From Malacoraja senta (taxonomy: Eukaryota), in assembly GCA_038087875.1 (NCBI GenBank), contig CM075989.1:18540001-18600000 (forward strand): a stretch of DNA of 60,000 bases. The letters run 5' to 3'. The position numbers and the translations under genes were made by a program. Numbering within the stretch: the first letter of the stretch is position 1; each line of letters opens with the position of its first letter. The notes below the pieces were generated by a model that saw only the letters and a program-made list of their open reading frames with translations, made no database searches and was not told the origin of the DNA. Below are positions 24,321 through 36,054 of the stretch, piece after piece.

Positions 24321-24629
24321 GATAATTGACCAAGCCCCAACTGAATGTGACCACAAGTGCAGTACTTAACAAAGGATTGTCTAATGAGTATAGAATAACA
24401 CCGCATTTGAGCCACAGTCATTGCTGGATAACCTCCCTGATTCTAAAACCTAAATTTATATTGTCTGATTATTGCAGAATGATCTTTTTATAATTTCATT
24501 TTTAACTCATTGAAATAATTTCAGTTTTTCCCCATAAAACAAAGTGCTGGAGTAACTCCAACAGGTCAGGCAGCATCTCTGGAGAACACCGATAGGCGAT
24601 GTTTCCTGAAAGAATTCCCCTTCAGTCTA

Positions 24630-25138
24630 TGTTAATTGCCGTGTATACCAGCAATGCAATTCGTACTTGCTGCAGCTTTAGAGGCCCCTTTAATGCAATA
24701 TCACACAAATATCCAGCGATCAGCAAGACAATGATAAAGAATCAATATTTGGTCACCTGACAATAAGTGTAGAATCAAAGAATGTAGAGCATCCAAAATA
24801 AAGTCGATAGTGGGTCTTTGCTGAGGTTAGTGTTGCGCAGTATGGTTGCTGAGAAGAAACTGTTCTTGAAGCTGGAGCTCGTGGTTCTTCGTCTCCTGTA
24901 CCAGCTCCCTGATGGTAGTCGTGAGATGAGTGCGTGGCCATCCTTGTGTGGGTTTTTGATAGTGGCTGTCTTTTTGAGGCAGCGCCCCCTGTAGATATTC
25001 GACGGTGGGGAGGTCAGTACCCATGATGGACCTGGCGGTGTCTACCGCTCTCTGCAGCCACCTTTATTCCCAGGCAACTCAGTTGCCGAACCAGGCCATG
25101 ATGCAACCAGTCAGCGGGCTCTCTACAGAGCACCTGCA
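24630..25138 (-). mobile_element. Degenerate Rex1/Babar 3' fragment
   Basis: Homologous to 5445-5910 (WFGN...MGTDLPTVE). Confidence 0.7.
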
Positions 25139-25737
25139 GCAGTCAAGATCCAAGAAAGGGCAATTTCAAACCCTGGCGATCACCAGTTGTTCAAAGTCAT
25201 TTGTAGCCACCTTCCACCGGTTACCGCCAGTACAATCTGGGCTTTGTTCGTGTGGTGGTGACTGTGATAGAATGGAATAATGTTCCCCCTGGGTGCAGTG
25301 TCAGGGGAGAGGACTCTTGGGTCAGTTTATCTGCCAGTTCCTCATGTAGACCACCATTTAGTTTAGTTTATTGTCGCGTGTACCAAAGTGAAAAGCTTTT
25401 GTTGCGTGCTAACCCATCAGCGTAAAGACAATACATGATTACAATCGAGCCACTTACAGTGTGTAGAAACATGACACATGTTCTTCTACTGCTGCAGTGA
25501 AGTACCTTCAACTCCTCCTGCAAGAACATTTTTTCCACTGCTTTTGGTAACCTCTGAGTCCGTGCTATTTAATTTATTGCCAATTAATTCCCTGTAGTTG
25601 CTGCTAATTATCATTGTACGGTGCTCTTTACGGAGAGAGGATCTTCATCCAGTCAATTTGATCTGCTTTCAAACTTTGGTGACAAGGTGGTGAGACAATG
25701 TGCTGAACTAATACCTGTAGAAGTCAAGGTTGTAAAA

Positions 25738-26255
25738 GGGCATACAGTGACACAGTGGTAGAGTTGCTGCCTCAGTGCTACAGATCCAAGTTCGATCCCG
25801 ATTACGGGTGCTGTTTGTACCTTCTCCATGCGACCGCGTGGGTTTTCTCCGGGTGCTCCAGTTTCCTCCCACACTCCAAAGACCTATAGGTTTGTAGGTT
25901 ACCAAAGAGACACAAAGTGCTGGAGTAAGTCAGCGGGTCAGGCAGCATCTCTGGAGGAAAAGGATGGGTGGCGTTTTGGGTCCGAATACTTCTTCAGACC
26001 CGAAACGTCACCCATACCTTTCCTCTAGAGATGCTGTCTGACCCACTGATTTACTCCAGCACTTTGTGTCTATCTTCGATATGAACCAGCATCTGCAGTT
26101 CCTTTCTACGCAGGTTTGTAGGTTAATTGGCTTCTGGAATTTGTAAATTATCCCTGGTGAGTAGGATATTGCTAGTGTATGGGGTGATCACGGGTCAGCA
26201 TGGATTCGCTGGGCCGAAGGGCCTGATTCCACACTGCATCTCGAAAGTAAAGTCT
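25738..26255 (+). mobile_element. V-SINE split by an inverted-pair Penelope insertion (25902-26111)
   Basis: aggtttgtaggtta duplicated at 25888-25901 and 26112-26125. Confidence 0.82.
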
Positions 26256-26887
26256 AATACAAGCCTCCATTACCACTGCAGTTTCTTTTCCTAACTTTTC
26301 TGGAATTTGATGCAGTATAAACGGGTTGGTTTAAATTGACTCCAGCTGACACTTGGGACAAATCAAAGCAGCTGGAATTCCAGAATAAACAGAAGTGTAG
26401 ATAGCAGTGATTAGAGATTGATTAGAGAGGGAAGTACTTTGCAATCAATGTCAGATGCCAATGAAAGCCCATCAGTCATGTGTGTCAGTGGTAAAGTGAC
26501 ATCTCTGCAGTAAAGTTGTATCATTTATCCTGGTGCAAATTAATTGAACAAACTTCTGCCATACTTAGCAGTTGCTGCCAAATTAAACAGAACAGCAAAG
26601 TCACAATACCAGCAAATCCTACTCCATTTCCCCTTCTCTGAATAATTAAAGTGGGCTGCAACAGAACGGCATCATTGATTTTGTTCACATCCTTCCTTGC
26701 ATTTACGTGGTGCCAATATCAGCGCTCCCGTATTGTTGAGTTTATTAGACACACAGCATGGAAACAGACCCTTTGGCCCAACTTGCCCAAACCAGCCAAC
26801 ATACTCCATCTACACTAGTCCCACCTGTCGTCATCCCCCCCCCTACCCCCACCCCACCTCATCTTAAACCTGTCCTCTAGTTCTTTG

Positions 26888-27252
26888 CTGCCTCATAAAG
26901 GCTGGCAGCATCATCAAGGACCCACACCATCCTGGCCACACACTCATCTCCCCGCTGCCATCAGGTAGAAGGTACAGGAGCCTGAAATCTGCAACATCCA
27001 GGTTCAGGAAAAGCTACTTCCCCACAGCCATCAGGCCATTAAACTCCTCAAACAAAACTTTAAACATTAATAGCCCATTGCACTTTATCTGATTATTTAT
27101 TGTGTGTATATATATATTCAATAGTATATGGACACACTGATCTGTTCTGTGTCTATTCATGCCTTCTATATTCTGTTGTGCTAAAGCAAAGCAAGAATGG
27201 CATTGTCCTATCTGGGGCACATGACAATAAACTCTCTTGAATCTTGAATCTT
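26888..27252 (+). mobile_element. Rex1/Babar 3' end
   Basis: KAGSIIKDPHHPGHTLISPLPSGRRYRSLKSATSRFRKSYFPTAIR; tail (cttgaat)n. Confidence 0.8.
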
Positions 27253-27769
27253 GATTCCCCTACTCTGAGCAAGCGACTGCGTTTACCCGATCTATTCCAA
27301 ATTATTTTGTACGCCTCCATAAGATCACCCCTCATCTTCCTGCGCTCCATGTAATAAAGTCCTAGCCTGCTCAACCTCCCCCTATAGCTGAGGCCCTCGA
27401 GTCCTGGCAACATCCTCGTAAATCTTCTCTGCTTGACAACATCTTTCCCAGATGGGGATGAAAGCTGAACACAATACTCGAAATGTCTTATGGTTTGATC
27501 TAAAGCACATACAACATCAAACCGCCTGCCAACACTCCAAAAATAAAATCTAACTCAGAATGTTTGCATTAAGATATCATAAGAGAACATATACAGAAGT
27601 CAAAGGGGTTGTGTTGCACTGTAGCTCATCCATTCATCTCTGGACTGGGCTCCCAATGCAGATATTAACTATTTCTCAAGTTATTTCAAAGTTTTTGCCT
27701 CCATGATCTTATTAGGAATCTCATTCCACACGTTGATCAAGGCTTATGTTCATTATTGTCACATGTCCA

Positions 27770-28056
27770 GAGTACACAGGTTCAAGGTGAAGGGGAAAAG
27801 ACTTAATAGGAATGTGAGGGGTAACTTTTTCACACAAAGGGTGGTGGGTGTATGGAACAAACTGCCAGATGAGGTAGATGAGGCTGGGACTATCCAACGT
27901 TTAAGAAACAGTTAGACAGGTACATGGATAGGACAGGTATGGAGGGAAAGGGACAAAGCGCAGGCAGGTGGGACTAGTGTAGCTGGGACATGTTGGCCGG
28001 TGTTGGCAAGTTGGGCCGAAGGGCCTGTTTCCATGCTGTATCACTCTATGACTATG
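27770..28056 (+). mobile_element. CR1 3' end (HER1-like tail shared with the SINEs)
   Basis: RGNFFTQRVVGVWNKLP; ends ggccgaagggcctgtttccatgctgtatcactctatgactatg. Confidence 0.82.
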
Positions 28057-28736
28057 TAGCTACCAACAGCGAAGCTTTGTTTTGCATGCTATCCAAACTG
28101 AACAGATCAGATATACCATATATACAATCAAGTCATATTCAAATACAATAGAGAAAGCAATGGGGAAGATACAGGATGCAGAATATAGTCCTCGGCATTG
28201 TAGTGCATCAGTTCTGGAGACAAAGTTCAATGTCGTAGCGGTGAATTGGATGGTACTCTAGCTTATGCAAGGTTTATTCAAAATCCTGATAACAGAAGCT
28301 GCTTCTGGTCAATCTGCAAACTGCTAACATTCTGACACCTGGTCAGAATTTACCCTTTTTATTAGTTGGACGTGTCTGGTAGTCCTGCTTTCAAGTTGGG
28401 CCGAAGGGACTGGTTTCATGCTGTCTGACTCTAGAACACAGGGTTAAGTTTGAATATCTCTCCCTCAATGCCCTGGAGAAAGTGGTGGTGAGCTTCCATC
28501 AATCGCTGCAGTCTGCGTGATGTGGTTTATTGCAGGAACTTCAAACAATTGGCTGGTTTGCTGAGGAACCTCAGGGGAGAGGCTATTAGTCAGTCACTGC
28601 GAGTCTGGCTAGTGTGGAAACAGAGTGGGGAAATGTAACTGATATTCTTCACTGCAGTGTGGGACCGGCTTCGATGACAATCCAATAGTTTCATGGTCAA
28701 CCCTATTTATTTCACTGAATTTAAATTCCCCTGCAG

Positions 28737-29061
28737 GGCGGTGCAGCGGTAGAGTTACTGCCTTACAGCCAAGGATACTAGATCTTTGTTTACAGCGGCA
28801 GGCACCCAGGTTCGATCCCGACTACGGGTGCTGTCTGTATGGAGTTTGTACGTTCTCCCCGTGACCTGCGCGGGTTTTCTCCGAGAACTTTGGTTTCCTC
28901 CCACACTGCAAAGACGTACAGGTTTGTAGGTTAAACGGCTTGGTATAATTGTAGAAGATTGTCCCTAGTGTAGGATGGTCTGTTAAAGTGCGGGGATCGC
29001 TGGTCGGCGCGGACTCGGTGGGCTGAAGGGCCTGTTTCCATGCTGTATCTCTAAACTAAAC
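28737..29061 (+). mobile_element. V-SINE with a 19-bp insertion in its tRNA head
   Basis: B box ggttcgatcc, V-domain, tail ctctaaactaaa. Confidence 0.85.
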
Positions 29062-29955
29062 AAAAGCACCTGTGGTCAGAATCGAACCAGGTTCAAGAGT
29101 GAGAGAATATGTGTCAATGGGCTGGGATAACATTCTGCTGTCGGGTGCGTGGCTGTTGTTCAAGGCCCTCGGGTTGTTGCGGGAGGGTTGTGCTGAGAAC
29201 AATAACAAGCAGCACTGGGCCAAACGTGGAGGTGGCTGCAGATGATCAGCGTGAGGTGGGAACTGAGCCGGTCCCTTATTTAAGAATAAAGTTTCAGAAA
29301 CGTTGCTTCCAAAGGATGGTAAATGGTTCAATGTGACTCACTACAGGATTAGCCCATTAGTCAGAACATACAGCAATGAAGCCGGGAAAACTGCTTCTGG
29401 GCAAGGTCATTAGTTCCCTCCAGTCAGCAAAGCTGTCTGTTTTTACAGCATCAAATGCATCACTTGTTCCCCTCTACTAACCCTCTCCTCTGCCTGGCAC
29501 AACCTGTCCCCGCCCTCAACGACTTCTCCTTTGACTCCTCTCACTTTCTTCAGGTTTAGTCTAGACATGCGGCGTTGGTCATGTCTGACCCTACCTCACT
29601 ACCCTTGTCCTGTTTACTCCCCCCTATACCAACAGTCAGCCTGAAGAAGGGTCCCAAGCCAAACCCTGTCTGTCCATTCCCTCCACGGTTGCAGCCTGAC
29701 CTGCTGAGTTCTTCCAGTGTTTTGCCTGTCATCGCACCTCAAACAACAAGGGAACAGTCACAACAGGAATGGTGCAGGGAAAGGTGGGGTATGACAACAT
29801 ACAACATCTCCCAATAATCATTTCGCTTGTGATTAAAAGCTTGTGTTCATGAGGAATCAACATATATTTAAATCGCTTCGCCCAACACCTCCGCTCAGTT
29901 CGCATTAATCAACCTCAACCTGATCTCCCGGTGGCTCAGCACTTCAACTCCCCCT

Positions 29956-32900
29956 GCTGTATCTAAATGCACGGAGTATTCGAAATAAGATAAATGAATT
30001 AACGGTGCAATTAAGTACATATAGTTATGATATCGTGGCCACTACGGAGACATGGCTGCAAGGGGATCAGGATTGGGAGTTAAATATAGAGGGGTACTCG
30101 ACAATTAGAAAAGATAGACAGGAAAGAAAGGGAGGAGGGGTGGCCCTTTTAATAAGGGAGGGAATAACGGCAATAGAGAGGAAGGATATTGCGTTGAAGG
30201 ATCAGGATAGTGAAACAGCTTGGGTACAGATAGAGAATAACAAGGGGAAAAAAACACTAGTGGGTGTAATTTATAGACCTCCAAATAGCTGTGACGCTGT
30301 TAGTCAGAACATAAATCTGCAAATAGTTGACGCATGTAAAAAGGGAACTGCTGTAATCATGGGGGACTTCAATTTTCATATTAATTGGGCAAACCAAACT
30401 GAGCAGGGTAGACTAGAGGAAGAGTTTATAGAATGTATTAGAGACGGGTTCCTAGAACAGTATGTCACAGAACCGACAAGGAGGGAGGCAATCTTGGATC
30501 TGGTCCTGTGTAATGAAGCAGGATTAATTAAAAATGTCATAGTTAGGGACTCGTTGGGAACAAGTGACCACAATATGGTCGAATTCCATATTCAAATAGA
30601 AGGAGAGCAGGTTGAAACTCAGGCTAGGGTACTTAGTCTAAATAAAGGGGATTATGAAGGTATGAGGACTGAGCTGATCAAAGTTGACTGGGATAGCAGA
30701 CTCAAGAATAAGACGGTACATGAGCAGTGGTGTACGTTTAAGGATCTACTGTATAACCTTCAAGAAAAATGTATTCCTATGAAGAAAAAAAGGGGTAAGG
30801 GAAAGAACAGTCAGCCATGGCTCAGTAAAACTATAAAGGATAGTATTCGGCTGAAGGCAAGGGCATATAAGGTAGCTAGAGATAGTGGGAGGGTAGAGGA
30901 TTGGGAAGCATTTAAAGGTCAGCAAAAAATAACTAAGAGATTAATTAAGACGGGGAAAATAGACTATGAAAGGAATTTAGCGAACAACATAAAAACTAAT
31001 AGTAAGAGTTTTTATAGCTATATAAAAAGAAAAAGGGTGGCTAAGGTGAACGTTGGTCCATTGGAGGGTGAGACTGGAGAGTTGTTGGTGGGGAACATGG
31101 AAATGGCAAAGGCATTAAACGAGTATTTTGTATCAGTCTTCACCATAGAAGACACAAAAAATATTCCAACGCTGGATAAACAGGGGGCGGTAGGAATGGA
31201 GGAGCTAAATACTATTAAGATCACCAAGGAGGTGGTATTAGGGAAATTAATGAGACTGAAGGAGGATAAATCCCCTGGGCCTGATGGATTACATCCAAGG
31301 GTCTTGAGGGAGATAGCGGTGGGGATTGTGGATGCATTGGTGATAATTTTCCAAAACTCCCTGGAGGCAGGAACGGTCCCAGTGGATTGGAAAATGGCCA
31401 ATGTAACACCTATATTTAAAAAAGGAAGTAAACAGAAGGCGGGTAACTATAGACCGGTTAGTCTAACATCGGTGGTGGGTAAAATGTTAGAGACAATTAT
31501 TAAAGAAACACTAACGGGGCACTTGGATAAACATGACTTCATCGGACAGAACCAGCATGGTTTTGTGAAGGGGAAGTCCTGTTTAACGAATTTGCTCGAA
31601 TTCTTTGAGGAAGTAACAACCCGGGTGGATAAAGGGGAACCGGTGGATGTGGTATACTTGGACTTCCAAAAGGCTTTTGACAAGGTGCCACATAAGAGAC
31701 TATTGCTAAAAATAAAAAATTATGGGATTGGGGGTAATATATTAGCATGGGTAGAGGATTGGCTAACAAATAGGAAGCAGAGAGTGGGGATAAATGGTTC
31801 ATACTCGGGATGGCAACCGGTAACTAGCGGGGTTCCGCAAGGGTCGGTGCTGGGACCCCAGTTGTTCACAATTTATATAAATGATTTGGAGGAGGGAACC
31901 AAGTGTAATATATCAAAATTTGCGGACGATACAAAAATGGGAGGAAAAGTAGGGGATGAGGAGGATAGGAAGAGTCTGCAAAAGGATATAGATAAGCTAG
32001 GTGAGTGGGCAACAACTTGGCAGATGAAATTTAATACTAATAAATGTGAAGTCATTCACTTTGGGAAAAAAAATGATAGGGCAAGTTATTTTCTAAATGA
32101 GGTGGAGCTGCGTTGTAATGCAACGCAAAGGGATCTAGGGGTAGTAGTACATGAATCACTAAAAGTTAGTATGCAGGTGCAGCAAGCAATCAGGAAGGCC
32201 AATGGAGTTTTGGCCTTTATTGCTAGGGGGATTGAGTATAAAAACACGGAGGTCTTGCTGCAGCTGTACACAGTATTAGTGAGACCACATTTGGAATACT
32301 GTGTACAGTTCTGGGGTCCATACTTAAGAAAGGATGTACTGGCCCTGGAGGCAGTGCAGCGAAGGTTTACAAGATTAATTCCTGCAATGAGGGGATTGAC
32401 ATATGAGGAAAGGTTAAGTAGGCTGGAACTCTACTCTTTGGAGTTTAGAAGAATGAGAGGCGATCTCATTGAAACATATAAGATCGTGAGGGGCCTTGAT
32501 CGGGTGGATGCACCGAGGATGTTCCCAATGATCGGGGAAACTAGAACTAGGGGACATAGTTGTAGAATAAGAGGGGGCTCTTTTAAAACTGAGATGAGGA
32601 AGAACTTCTTCACCCAGAGGGTGGTTAATTTATGGAATTCACTGCCCCAGGGAGCAGTGGAAGCAGAAACATTAAATATATTTAAGTCTAAAATAGATGT
32701 TTTTTTAGCTGCCAAGGGGATAAGGGGCTACGGGGAGAGGGCAGGGATATGGACCTAGGTATGGTTAGTATAGTAAGACCTGAGTGATCTCCTGGACAAG
32801 TGTCGATCGCCTGGATTGGGGTCGGAGAGGAATTTCCCGGATTTTTTTCCCGAATTGGACCTGGGTTTTTATCCGTTTTTTTGCCTCCCCCAGGAGATCA

Positions 32901-33096
32901 CGCGGTTCTTGGGGTGGAGAGGGGTGATAGCGATATAAAGGGGAGGGTAGTGTCTTGTGTTCTGTGTCTTGTGTCTACTGTTTGTGGGTAAGGGTGTCTG
33001 TTTAGTGTTCAGCCATGAGCGAATGGCGGTGCGGGCTCGATGGGCCTGGTGGTCTACTCTCGCACCTACTTTCTATGTTTCTATGTTTCTATGTTT
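29956..33096 (+). mobile_element. Young 5'-truncated CR1 LINE (near-complete ORF2 + 3' UTR)
   Basis: Starts at LYLNARS, ends in (ttctatgt)x3 tail. Confidence 0.96.
29957..32758 (+). CDS. CR1 ORF2: APE endonuclease + reverse transcriptase (uninterrupted frame, native start lost)
   Basis: LNARS, TETW, YRPP, GDFN, LDL, SDH (EN); NYRPVSLTS, QHGF, YLDFQKAFDKV, SGVPQGSVLGP, FADD, RDLGV (RT); no stop over ~933 codons. Confidence 0.95.
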   Translation: MYLNARSIRNKINELTVQLSTYSYDIVATTETWLQGDQDWELNIEGYSTIRKDRQERKGGGVALLIREGITAIERKDIALKDQDSETAWVQIENNKGKKTLVGVIYRPPNSCDAVSQNINLQIVDACKKGTAVIMGDFNFHINWANQTEQGRLEEEFIECIRDGFLEQYVTEPTRREAILDLVLCNEAGLIKNVIVRDSLGTSDHNMVEFHIQIEGEQVETQARVLSLNKGDYEGMRTELIKVDWDSRLKNKTVHEQWCTFKDLLYNLQEKCIPMKKKRGKGKNSQPWLSKTIKDSIRLKARAYKVARDSGRVEDWEAFKGQQKITKRLIKTGKIDYERNLANNIKTNSKSFYSYIKRKRVAKVNVGPLEGETGELLVGNMEMAKALNEYFVSVFTIEDTKNIPTLDKQGAVGMEELNTIKITKEVVLGKLMRLKEDKSPGPDGLHPRVLREIAVGIVDALVIIFQNSLEAGTVPVDWKMANVTPIFKKGSKQKAGNYRPVSLTSVVGKMLETIIKETLTGHLDKHDFIGQNQHGFVKGKSCLTNLLEFFEEVTTRVDKGEPVDVVYLDFQKAFDKVPHKRLLLKIKNYGIGGNILAWVEDWLTNRKQRVGINGSYSGWQPVTSGVPQGSVLGPQLFTIYINDLEEGTKCNISKFADDTKMGGKVGDEEDRKSLQKDIDKLGEWATTWQMKFNTNKCEVIHFGKKNDRASYFLNEVELRCNATQRDLGVVVHESLKVSMQVQQAIRKANGVLAFIARGIEYKNTEVLLQLYTVLVRPHLEYCVQFWGPYLRKDVLALEAVQRRFTRLIPAMRGLTYEERLSRLELYSLEFRRMRGDLIETYKIVRGLDRVDAPRMFPMIGETRTRGHSCRIRGGSFKTEMRKNFFTQRVVNLWNSLPQGAVEAETLNIFKSKIDVFLAAKGIRGYGERAGIWT

Positions 33097-33564
33097 CCCA
33101 TTCCCAATCCGACCTTTCTGTCCTGGGCCTCCTCCATGGCCAGAGTGAGTCCCACCACAAATTGGAGGAGCAGCACCTCATATTTTGCTTGGGTAGTTTG
33201 CACCCTAGCGGTATGAACATTGACTTCTCCAATTTCAGGTAGTCCCTGCTTTCTCCCTCCTTCCCCTCCCCTTCCCAGCTCTCCCACAGCCCACTGTCTC
33301 TGCCTCTTCCTTTCTTCTTCCCGCCCCCCCCCCAACCCCACATCAGTCTGAAAAAGGGTCTCGACCCGAAACGTCGCCCATTCCTTCGCTCCATAGATGT
33401 TGCCTCACTCAAATTGAGATTCTCCAGCTTTGTGTCTATCTTTGATTTTTCCAGCATCTGCAGTTCTTTCTTAAACATATATTTAAATCGTGGCACATGG
33501 AATTAGAATGGTACGACTAATGTGAAAGCTTGGACATGGTTTCCACCATATTTTGATGACCTCA

Positions 33565-34095
33565 AGATTTAATTTTAGTTGTCATATATACTGCCAATGG
33601 GACAATTAATGCTTTCTTGTTGCAGCTTAACAGGCCCATGAACACAAAATTTATCGTAGTATTGATTATATATTGATAACACTAATACTCGGTAACCATC
33701 ATGATGCAAAAACTGAGAGTCTGTAGTGCAACTAGGGGGACACAGTCCATGGGAGATTGAAGTTGCCGTGTGTCTATCTCCGGTTTAAACCAGCATCTGC
33801 AGTTCCTTGTGTCGGAAGGAAGATAGACACATAAAAGCTGGAGTAACTCAGCGGCACGGGCAGCATCTCTGGAGAGAAGGGATGGATGACGAAGGGTCTC
33901 GACCCGGAACATCAACCATTCCTTCTCTCCAGAGATGCTGCCTGTCTCGCTGAGTTACTCCAGCTTTTTGTGTCCGTCTGCAGTTCCTTCCAACATACAC
34001 ACTTTGCCGAGGTTGGTGTTGTTCAGTGTTCAAGAGCCTGACAGTTGTTGGGGAAGAGGCTGTTCTTGAACCTGGTGGTCACAGTTTCCAGGTTT
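33565..34095 (-). mobile_element. Old Rex1/Babar 3' end containing a cluster of Penelope fragments (33768-33995)
   Basis: Homology to 5445-5700; three pseudo-LTR pieces in alternating orientation. Confidence 0.65.
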
Positions 34096-34510
34096 CTCTG
34101 CAGTCTAGTAGCGTGCTGAGAGTGCGGCCAGGGAGGTGTGTCTGTGATACATCAACGGCTGTCTGCTGTATGTTTGGGGTTTGGCTCTGCTTTTTCCAAT
34201 TGGCCTCAAACATTGTTGATACTGGAAGATGCATCATGACCGCGCTCTGCGTTATCTGTTGCAATGTAGTCGTGACGAAAACAATTGTTGGCTAACTCTC
34301 CTTCCCTTCAAATTATCTGGCCATTTATCTTGTGGAGGGCAGTTTTGTAAGACTCGGCCTCCCACAACTGTTCCTGCACAGCTGAACAGCAGCTGAAACA
34401 ATAAACAGTCACATGAAGGTCCAGTGTTCGTTCCAATGTCTCTTTACATACGAGGGCAGAAGCTCTTTTGCAACTCACTTTATACTATTGACCAAATTTT
34501 GTGTCCTTTG

Positions 34511-35300
34511 ATTTGATTCAATTTATTGCCATTGCACTTTTCAGTGCAACGAAATGGTTTAGCCTGCAGTCATAACATAGAATAAATAACAAAAACACAC
34601 ACTCAACACAGTTTAACATCCACCACAGTGAGTCCACCAGGCACCTCCTCACTGTGATGGAAGGCAAAAAGTCCCAAAGTCCATGTCTCTTCCCTCCTTG
34701 CTCTCCCTCTGCGCTGAGGCGATCCAGGCCTCCGATGTTGTGACCCCGCCGGGTGATGGTAAGTAAGTCCCGCGGCTGAATCCGAACGGGCCGGTTCAAA
34801 CTCCGCGGCCCAGGGCGGTCGAAGCTGCCGAAGCTCCCGCCCTCCAGTCCAGCGGACGCAGCTGTTGTTGCGGGAGCTATGGAAAAACAGGTCACCAACC
34901 TGTGACCTGCGAGCTCCCGACGATGTCGTCCACTGGCCCTCGCCGAGCCTCTGAGGCTCCGAAGTCGGGTCGGAAGTCGGGTCGCAACGCCACCACAGCC
35001 CCGAAGTCGGCCAGCCCCGCGCTGGCAAGTCCCGTCTGGCTCTGCCTCCCGAGCCCCGAGGTCGGTGCCAGATGGAGGCCGCCAGCTCCGCGATAGGCCT
35101 CAGCGCAGACGGAGACGGAGACGGGGGATACGGCAAGAAAGGTGGCATCCCCCCCCGAAGGAAGAGCCAAAAAACATGCTTCTCCCACCCCCCCCCCCCC
35201 CCCCCACACATACACAACTAAAATAAACCGAAACAAACCGCAACAACGGGACAAAAGAAAACAAAAAAAGAAAAGACAAACGGACTGCAGGCGAGCCGCC
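34511..35300 (-). mobile_element. Unclassified GC/CpG-rich non-autonomous retroposon
   Basis: Same core and layout as 13850-14380; tail caataaattgaatcaaatcaaa on the minus strand; no coding motif. Confidence 0.65.
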
Positions 35301-35767
35301 CTTGGTCCTGCCCTTGAGTTACAATCGAGAAAGCTGTACATACACAAGCCGTTGGCAATATTTCATTAATGTGCTATAGAGTCGATGCCATTGCTTCAGG
35401 GAATGTGTGCGTCAGGCCAGCATCCTCGTGTAGCCAGCATCCATGGTTCGGTCGCTACTGTTGTCTTCATGCCAGTGGGAGGAGGTTGGTGATCGCGCCA
35501 ACTTGGATTCGGCCGCATCAAGACTTCCATGTCTAGTCCCAAAATATCGTGAGACAGATGGAGATGGGGCAGCCAAGATCCACAAGAAACATTCTCTTTG
35601 CCGGTGGATCGGTTCAATAATAAAGTGCAAACAGCCTGCTGAGCTTGGCAGGGGAGAAAAGATACAAAGATAGCCGAGAGGGAAAGAATGTGCATTTCCG
35701 TAGTGCCGTTCCTGATCTCGTATCAATACATTTTGATTTGGCCCGATAAACTAGAGTAGTATTAAGG

Positions 35768-35957
35768 TTGGCCCAGCAGTAGAATTGCTGCCTCACATCG
35801 CCAGAGACACGTGTTCAATCCTCACTACGGGTGCTGTCTGTACGGCGTTTGTACGTTCTCCCCGTGACCTGATTGGGGTTTTCTCCGAGATCTTTGGTTT
35901 CCTCCCACACTCCAAAGGTGTTCATGTTTGTAGGTTAATTGGCTTTGGTAAATTGTC
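35768..35957 (+). mobile_element. V-SINE, 3'-truncated
   Basis: Head and V-domain present. Confidence 0.78.
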
Positions 35958-36054
35958 TGAATCACCTCTACCCCCATGTTGGAGGTGATGAAAATATCGG
36001 AGGATTCAGTTTCGTTTATTGTCATGTGTACCAAGGTACAGTGAAGAGCTTTTT

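Larger units (their letters stand above)
29874..33476 (+). mobile_element. Penelope-like element 3' part (GIY-YIG C-terminus + pseudo-LTR) split by a CR1
   Basis: 29874-29954 RFAQHLRSVRINQPQPDLPVAQHFNSP joins in frame to 33096-33242 SHSQSDLSVLGLL...LEEQHLIFCLGSLHPSGMNIDFSNFR*; 17-bp TSD aacatatatttaaatcg at 29859-29875 and 33474-33490. Confidence 0.88.

Noticed and set aside
30376..32715. Antisense ORFs over the CR1
   Set aside because: Shadow frames of ORF2.
29957..32758. Domesticated reverse-transcriptase gene or prokaryotic retron/DGR-type system
   Set aside because: Canonical CR1 EN-RT layout, tandem tail, 5' truncation and nesting in another TE indicate an ordinary young LINE copy.
34518..35369. 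Overlapping 126-204-aa ORFs
   Set aside because: Inside a GC-rich repeat; frames are not conserved in the related copies and show no domain motifs.
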